A DNA stretch of 64,000 nt from Planctomycetota bacterium (GTDB lineage: Bacteria > Planctomycetota > Planctomycetia > Planctomycetales > Planctomycetaceae), in the NCBI GenBank assembly GCA_016872645.1, contig VGZH01000017.1, positions 4,626 to 68,625 of the forward strand, written 5' to 3'. Below are positions 58,836 to 64,000 of the stretch, one piece after another. The position numbers and the translations under genes are program-made. The notes beneath the pieces were generated by a model. The model was not told where the DNA came from. It did no database searches and was given only the letters and a program-made list of their open reading frames with translations. How positions within the stretch are numbered: position 1 is the first letter of the stretch; the number at the start of each line of letters is the position of its first letter.

Positions 58836-59855
58836 CTACAGGCCGGAATCGAATTTCACGAGTGAACCCGCCGGCTTGTCGCTCCCTTCGGCGACGGTGC
58901 CGAACACGGCGACGTACAGCACTCCGTTCTTGTCGAATGCGCAGGCTGTCGGCTTGTCGAGGCTGGCGATCTTCACCGCCTTGACCGAATCACCGTCGAT
59001 GTCCAAACGGAACAGGCCGCCCGCTTTGGGGTCGCTCCACGAATAATCGGTCGCGTACAGCTTCTTGGTCTTCGGGCTGTAGGCCAGTCCGGCGATGTCG
59101 TTCAGACCGGTCTTGTAGTTCTTCTTGAGCTTGCCGGTTTCCGGATCGTAGATCGTCAGCAGGCTATCGCCCGGCGGAGTCGAGACCTCACCCATTTGGC
59201 CAACAACCAGATCCTTGCCGTCCAGCGAAAAGATGACCGGTACCGGAGCGTCGACTTCAGTGGCGATCTTGGTGGCGATCGACAACTTCAACGCGCCAGG
59301 TTTGCCGGCCGCGGCGGTGCTCTTGGAGATCCAGCCTTTGGTGTCGTCGCCGTTGCAGGTGATGAAGATCGACTTGCCGTTCGTGGCAACTCCGTAGAAG
59401 TTTCCTTCACCTTTCGCGGTTTCCTCGCTCGCCTTGATCGGGCCGAGCGTGACAACGGCAGCGTCCTCTTTGATCGGCTCGTGATTTTTTTGAGCCGCGT
59501 CCTTGGCGACCTTGTAAATACGGACCAACTCATCGCCATCCGGTCGGCTGCCATCGCCAACGATCAAGTGCTCGTCATCCCAGAACGCCAGACCGAGGGG
59601 GCCGATGTTGTACTTCGGCCCCTTGCCGTAGATGTCGGTCGGGAACCCTCTGATCTCGACGTGTGCCTTGCCACTTTTCGGATCGAGCCGATGCACGCCG
59701 CTATGAGCCGCAATGAAGACATGTCCGGTCGCCGGCTGTACCGCGACACCGCACGGGTTATCAATCCCGCTCAAGACTGTCACCGGCTTTGCATCCTGAC
59801 CGACGGCCGTCAGAGCTATCAAACCACACAACAAAAACGCCATTGTACGGAGCAT
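58836..59855 (-). CDS. Secreted beta-propeller protein (NHL / SMP-30-like repeats)
   Basis: Signal peptide. Repeated blade-like segments: GVAVQPATGHVFIA, LGLAFWDDEHLIVGD, FYGVATNGKSIFIT, IAGLAYSPKTKKLYATD and PTACAFDKNGVLYVAV. Confidence 0.6.
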   Translation of the reverse strand: MLRTMAFLLCGLIALTAVGQDAKPVTVLSGIDNPCGVAVQPATGHVFIAAHSGVHRLDPKSGKAHVEIRGFPTDIYGKGPKYNIGPLGLAFWDDEHLIVGDGSRPDGDELVRIYKVAKDAAQKNHEPIKEDAAVVTLGPIKASEETAKGEGNFYGVATNGKSIFITCNGDDTKGWISKSTAAAGKPGALKLSIATKIATEVDAPVPVIFSLDGKDLVVGQMGEVSTPPGDSLLTIYDPETGKLKKNYKTGLNDIAGLAYSPKTKKLYATDYSWSDPKAGGLFRLDIDGDSVKAVKIASLDKPTACAFDKNGVLYVAVFGTVAEGSDKPAGSLVKFDSGL

Positions 59856-59939
59856 GAGAATTTCCTTTCGTTTGGAGCCGCAAGCGGGACACCTGCGGTT
59901 GGGGGATCAATTTTGCGTACCGAGTCTTCGAGTCAGCAG

Positions 59940-60017
59940 GAATGAATACGGAATACGGACATTCGGAAGTCAGAATAAGCGGCAGCCAGAACATTCCGCG
60001 TTCCGTATTCCGCATTC
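59940..60017. promoter_or_regulatory. Inverted array of NNCGGAA heptamers (hairpin-forming) upstream of the beta-propeller gene
   Basis: The left arm gaatgaatacggaatacgga and the right arm tccgtattccgcattc pair over 11 + 5 bp with a 4-nt bulge. The right arm is ttccgcg ttccgta ttccgca in tandem. Confidence 0.4.
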
Positions 60018-60025
60018 GCTCCCTT

Positions 60026-61036
<1,011 letters not shown>

Positions 61037-61153
61037 GGGGTGTCTCCTTCGAAGAAGTGCAATGACATTAACCCTCTCAGCGTCGTTTGCAAGCTCCGTG
61101 AGTTCGACCTTGTACGGTTCAATCCGTTAATCTGTTTGGGCCGAAGGTGGGAT

Positions 61154-61212
61154 TCACCACAGCGATACAGAGGACGCAGAATTCGGACACGAGATTGCGT
61201 CTCTGTGGTGGA
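61154..61212. repeat. Dispersed inverted-repeat element, family 2
   Basis: tcaccacagcgatacagaggacgc ... gcgtctctgtggtgga. It shares GATACAGAGG and CTCTGTGGTG ends with the copy at 15893-15965. It lies 33 nt upstream of purB. Confidence 0.5.
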
Positions 61213-61244
61213 TCTCTTCTATACCCTCAGTCCGAAAGCGAACC

Positions 61245-62675
61245 GTGAGTCACGACGTCTACGAAAACCCGCTCATCAAGCGATACGCCTCGAAGCCGAT
61301 GGCCGAGTTGTGGTCAGAACAACGCAAGCACTCGACCTGGCGTCGGCTCTGGGTCGCGCTGGCCGAGGCGGAACGAGAACTCGGCATCGAGATTTCAGAA
61401 GCTCAGATTTCAGAACTCCGAGCCGCGACCGACGACATCGACTTCGCGCTGGCCGCCAAGTACGAGAAGGAGCTGCGGCACGATGTGATGGCTCACGTCC
61501 ACGCTTACGGTGATCGCTGCCCGTCGGCGCGCGGGATCATCCATTTGGGGGCCACAAGCTGCTATGTCACGGACAACACCGACCTGATTCTGATGCGTGA
61601 AGCGTTGCAGTTGGTGCAGGCGAAGCTTGTGGCGGTCATCGATGAGCTGGCGAAGTTTGCGGCGAAGAATCGCGAGCTGCCGTGTCTCGGATTCACGCAT
61701 CTGCAACCGGCTCAGCCGACAACAGTCGGTAAGCGGGCGACGTTGTGGTGCTATGACCTCGTGCTGGATCTCGCTGAGATTGAGCATCGGCTCGCCGTGT
61801 TGAAATGCCGAGGGGTCAAAGGGACGACCGGCACGCAGGCGTCGTTTGTGGCGTTGTTTAATGGTGATCACGCGAAGATCGAAGAACTCGACCGCCGAGT
61901 CTCCGCCAAGATGGGATTCGATGCAGCCTATGCGGTGACTGGGCAGACGTACTCGCGCAAAGTGGATGCGCAAGTGCTCGACGTGCTCAGCGGCATTGGC
62001 CAGAGCGCTCACAAAGCTGGCACTGACATTCGCATCTTGCAAAGCCGCAAGGAAATTGAAGAGCCGTTCGAGAAGCAGCAGATCGGCTCGTCGGCGATGG
62101 CCTACAAGCGGAATCCGATGCGATCCGAGCGGATGTGCTCGCTCTCCCGGTTTGCGATGAGCTTGCCCGCGAATCTTTCACAGACGGTAGCGACGCAGTG
62201 GCTGGAACGGACACTCGACGACAGTGCGAATCGGCGGCTCGTGCTGCCACAAGCGTTCCTGGCGATCGACGCGGTCTTGATTTTGTACCGCAACGTCGTG
62301 GATGGGATGGTCGTGTACCCGAAGGTCATCGCGAAGAATCTCGGGGAAGAGTTGCCGTTCATGGCGACCGAAGAAATTCTGATGGCTGGGGTCCAAGCTG
62401 GCGGCGATCGGCAAGAGCTTCACGAGCAAATCCGCGTCCACAGTCAGGCAGCCGCACAGCAAGTCAAAGAACATGGCCGAGCGAACGACTTGCTCGACCG
62501 TTTGAAGAGGGATCCGGCGTTTGCGTCGGTCGATCTGAGCAAGGCGCTCGACGCCCGCCGCTTCGTCGGCCGAGCACCCGAGCAAGTCGATCGGTTTATC
62601 GCCAATATCATCGAGCCGATTCGTCAGCGGTATCACAATCTCAGCGGTCAACCGTCAGAACAATTACGAGTTTGA
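61245..62675 (+). CDS. purB: Adenylosuccinate lyase
   Basis: GTG start. The opening [21 protein letters not shown], the [11 protein letters not shown] signature and the [13 protein letters not shown] motif are all present. Confidence 0.94.
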   Translation: MSHDVYENPLIKRYASKPMAELWSEQRKHSTWRRLWVALAEAERELGIEISEAQISELRAATDDIDFALAAKYEKELRHDVMAHVHAYGDRCPSARGIIHLGATSCYVTDNTDLILMREALQLVQAKLVAVIDELAKFAAKNRELPCLGFTHLQPAQPTTVGKRATLWCYDLVLDLAEIEHRLAVLKCRGVKGTTGTQASFVALFNGDHAKIEELDRRVSAKMGFDAAYAVTGQTYSRKVDAQVLDVLSGIGQSAHKAGTDIRILQSRKEIEEPFEKQQIGSSAMAYKRNPMRSERMCSLSRFAMSLPANLSQTVATQWLERTLDDSANRRLVLPQAFLAIDAVLILYRNVVDGMVVYPKVIAKNLGEELPFMATEEILMAGVQAGGDRQELHEQIRVHSQAAAQQVKEHGRANDLLDRLKRDPAFASVDLSKALDARRFVGRAPEQVDRFIANIIEPIRQRYHNLSGQPSEQLRV

Positions 62676-62693
62676 TCCTACAGGAGACATGCC

Positions 62694-62978
62694 ATGAATC
62701 GTTTTTGGTCATTCGTCGGTTTGTTTGTGGCGTTCGTGTTTGCGGTGACGTTCTTTAATCGGTCAGCGCAGTCCGATACCCCTGCGTCCACGATACGTTG
62801 GGAATATCGCACAGAGACGATCGAGCCGACGTTGCTCGCACAGCGGCTCAATGAATGGGGCGGCGATCGGTGGGAAGCCTTCGCCGTCGAACGGGGCGAT
62901 ACGGTGCTCGAACAAGACGGCGTGACCAAGCTGAAAGTCGCGAACTTTCAGGTCACCGCGCGACGCCCGTTAAAGTAG
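62694..62978 (+). CDS. Small secreted/anchored hypothetical protein (DUF4177-like)
   Basis: N-terminal hydrophobic helix. The segment WEYRTETIE...LNEWGGDRWEAFAVE resembles the DUF4177 pattern. Confidence 0.55.
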   Translation: MNRFWSFVGLFVAFVFAVTFFNRSAQSDTPASTIRWEYRTETIEPTLLAQRLNEWGGDRWEAFAVERGDTVLEQDGVTKLKVANFQVTARRPLK

Positions 62979-62979
62979 T

Positions 62980-63021
62980 CGAGTCACTCCGTGACTCAAA
63001 TTCCGGTCACGAAGTGGCCGG
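62980..63021. repeat. Palindromic element family 1, full double-hairpin intergenic copy
   Basis: cgagtcac-tcc-gtgactc aaatt ccggtcac-gaa-gtggccgg. It fills the 49-nt spacer between two convergent stop codons. Confidence 0.65.
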
Positions 63022-63027
63022 TCTCCT

Positions 63028-63999
63028 TTACGGCTTCCAGGCGGTGAAGAACTTTTGCAGCCGGACCATCTCTCCGGGCAGATAAGCGGCGGCGGTGATG
63101 TGGCCGGCGTCGAGCCACACTAACTCCGGCTTCGTGCCGATCGAGTCCCACAGGGCCATCGTAGCCGCGCGTGGGATGATCTCGTCGGTCTTCGCGTTGA
63201 CCATCAGCACGTCGCGGTCTTTGAGCAACCGGCCATGAGTCGCCGGATCGACCGGCTCGAGCAGTTTCAGGAATGATTCGCGCGACTCACCCATCTTGAG
63301 CCACTCGGAGCGAAACGCATCGGCATCGCGATGTTGCATGTCCCAAAGGTTCTCGCCGAGCTTTCCGCCACCCAGGTAGATCGCGACTTTGCGGAATCGC
63401 GGTTCACCCGCCGCCGACAACGCAGACATGATCCCTCCCAAACTGATGCCGGTGACACCCAGCCGTAGCTTGTCGATTTCAGGTCGAGCGGCCAGCCACG
63501 CTCCCGCGCGGCGAACATCGAGGACCGCCTGCGTCATCCCTTCGGCCACCTCGCGCGGGTCGCGAGAGATCATGCGACGCGGAGAGTCCTTGCTGCGACG
63601 CTCGCCGTAGTACGGCATCTTGATGAACAGCGCCGCGACCTTCGCGCGAGCCAGCGAACTTGCGACCGTCTGCGACAGCGGAAACTCGCCACCCAAAATG
63701 TGCAACACGACAACACCGGGAAATGGTCCTGCGCCGGCCGGCTGAAAATACTCGCCGTACACCGTGTTGTTCTCCGGGACGACGGTTTCGACGGGCGACG
63801 GAAACGTTACAGAGATCGTTCGAAGCGCCTCACTTTCCCGCAGGAGTTTCGCCTCGGCCTCAAAGCGATGCGACTTCAATCGAAACTGCTCCGGTACGGT
63901 CTCTTCGTTCTTCGCTGGAACAAACTCGATTTCGGCAACCTCCGAGACCTCTGAGAATGGAGACTGGTCGTCCGCGGCAACTTTTGCCAAGCAGTTCAG
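63028..63999 (-). CDS. Alpha/beta hydrolase (dienelactone hydrolase / S9-like), probably 5'-partial
   Basis: GVTGISLGG nucleophile elbow. The late motifs are NAKTDEIIP (Asp) and LDAGHI (His). The frame is still open at the window edge, and the only in-window start candidate is TTG 63990. Confidence 0.78.
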   Translation of the reverse strand: MNCLAKVAADDQSPFSEVSEVAEIEFVPAKNEETVPEQFRLKSHRFEAEAKLLRESEALRTISVTFPSPVETVVPENNTVYGEYFQPAGAGPFPGVVVLHILGGEFPLSQTVASSLARAKVAALFIKMPYYGERRSKDSPRRMISRDPREVAEGMTQAVLDVRRAGAWLAARPEIDKLRLGVTGISLGGIMSALSAAGEPRFRKVAIYLGGGKLGENLWDMQHRDADAFRSEWLKMGESRESFLKLLEPVDPATHGRLLKDRDVLMVNAKTDEIIPRAATMALWDSIGTKPELVWLDAGHITAAAYLPGEMVRLQKFFTAWKP

Positions 64000-64000
64000 C

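Overview
GC-rich bacterial chromosome, most likely Planctomycetota and Pirellulales-like. That lineage call is an inference from gene content: DUF1501, DUF1549/DUF1553, DUF1552 and DUF1592-type families, two PVC-type CxxCH dehydrogenase-like proteins, and a giant LExRxLLA-type surface protein. The window is densely coding and mostly core. Housekeeping genes include pgk, nth, an RluA-family pseudouridine synthase, eno, psd-pssA-ribE-rsmA, secDF-yajC, purB and a di-heme cytochrome c peroxidase. I found no tRNA, rRNA, CRISPR array, intact mobile element or recognisable defence system. The less ordinary content is as follows. (1) A roughly 42-nt double-hairpin palindromic element occurs as three full copies plus one half copy. 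Two full copies sit in-frame inside the DUF1549/DUF1553 gene, which is reminiscent of Rickettsia palindromic elements. (2) A second dispersed intergenic repeat family has GATACAGAGG ... CTCTGTGGTG ends. (3) Two decayed loci are present: an IS1380-like transposase remnant next to a glycosyltransferase tail, and an AAA+ ATPase C-terminal remnant carrying a nonsense codon. (4) A roughly 1540-aa RTX / Calx-beta / kexin-like S8 protease mosaic protein. (5) Paired planctomycete-specific modules of unknown function. (6) An orphan MotA/ExbB-like channel next to an orphan MetW. All functional calls come from reading the supplied translations for motifs. No database search was run.
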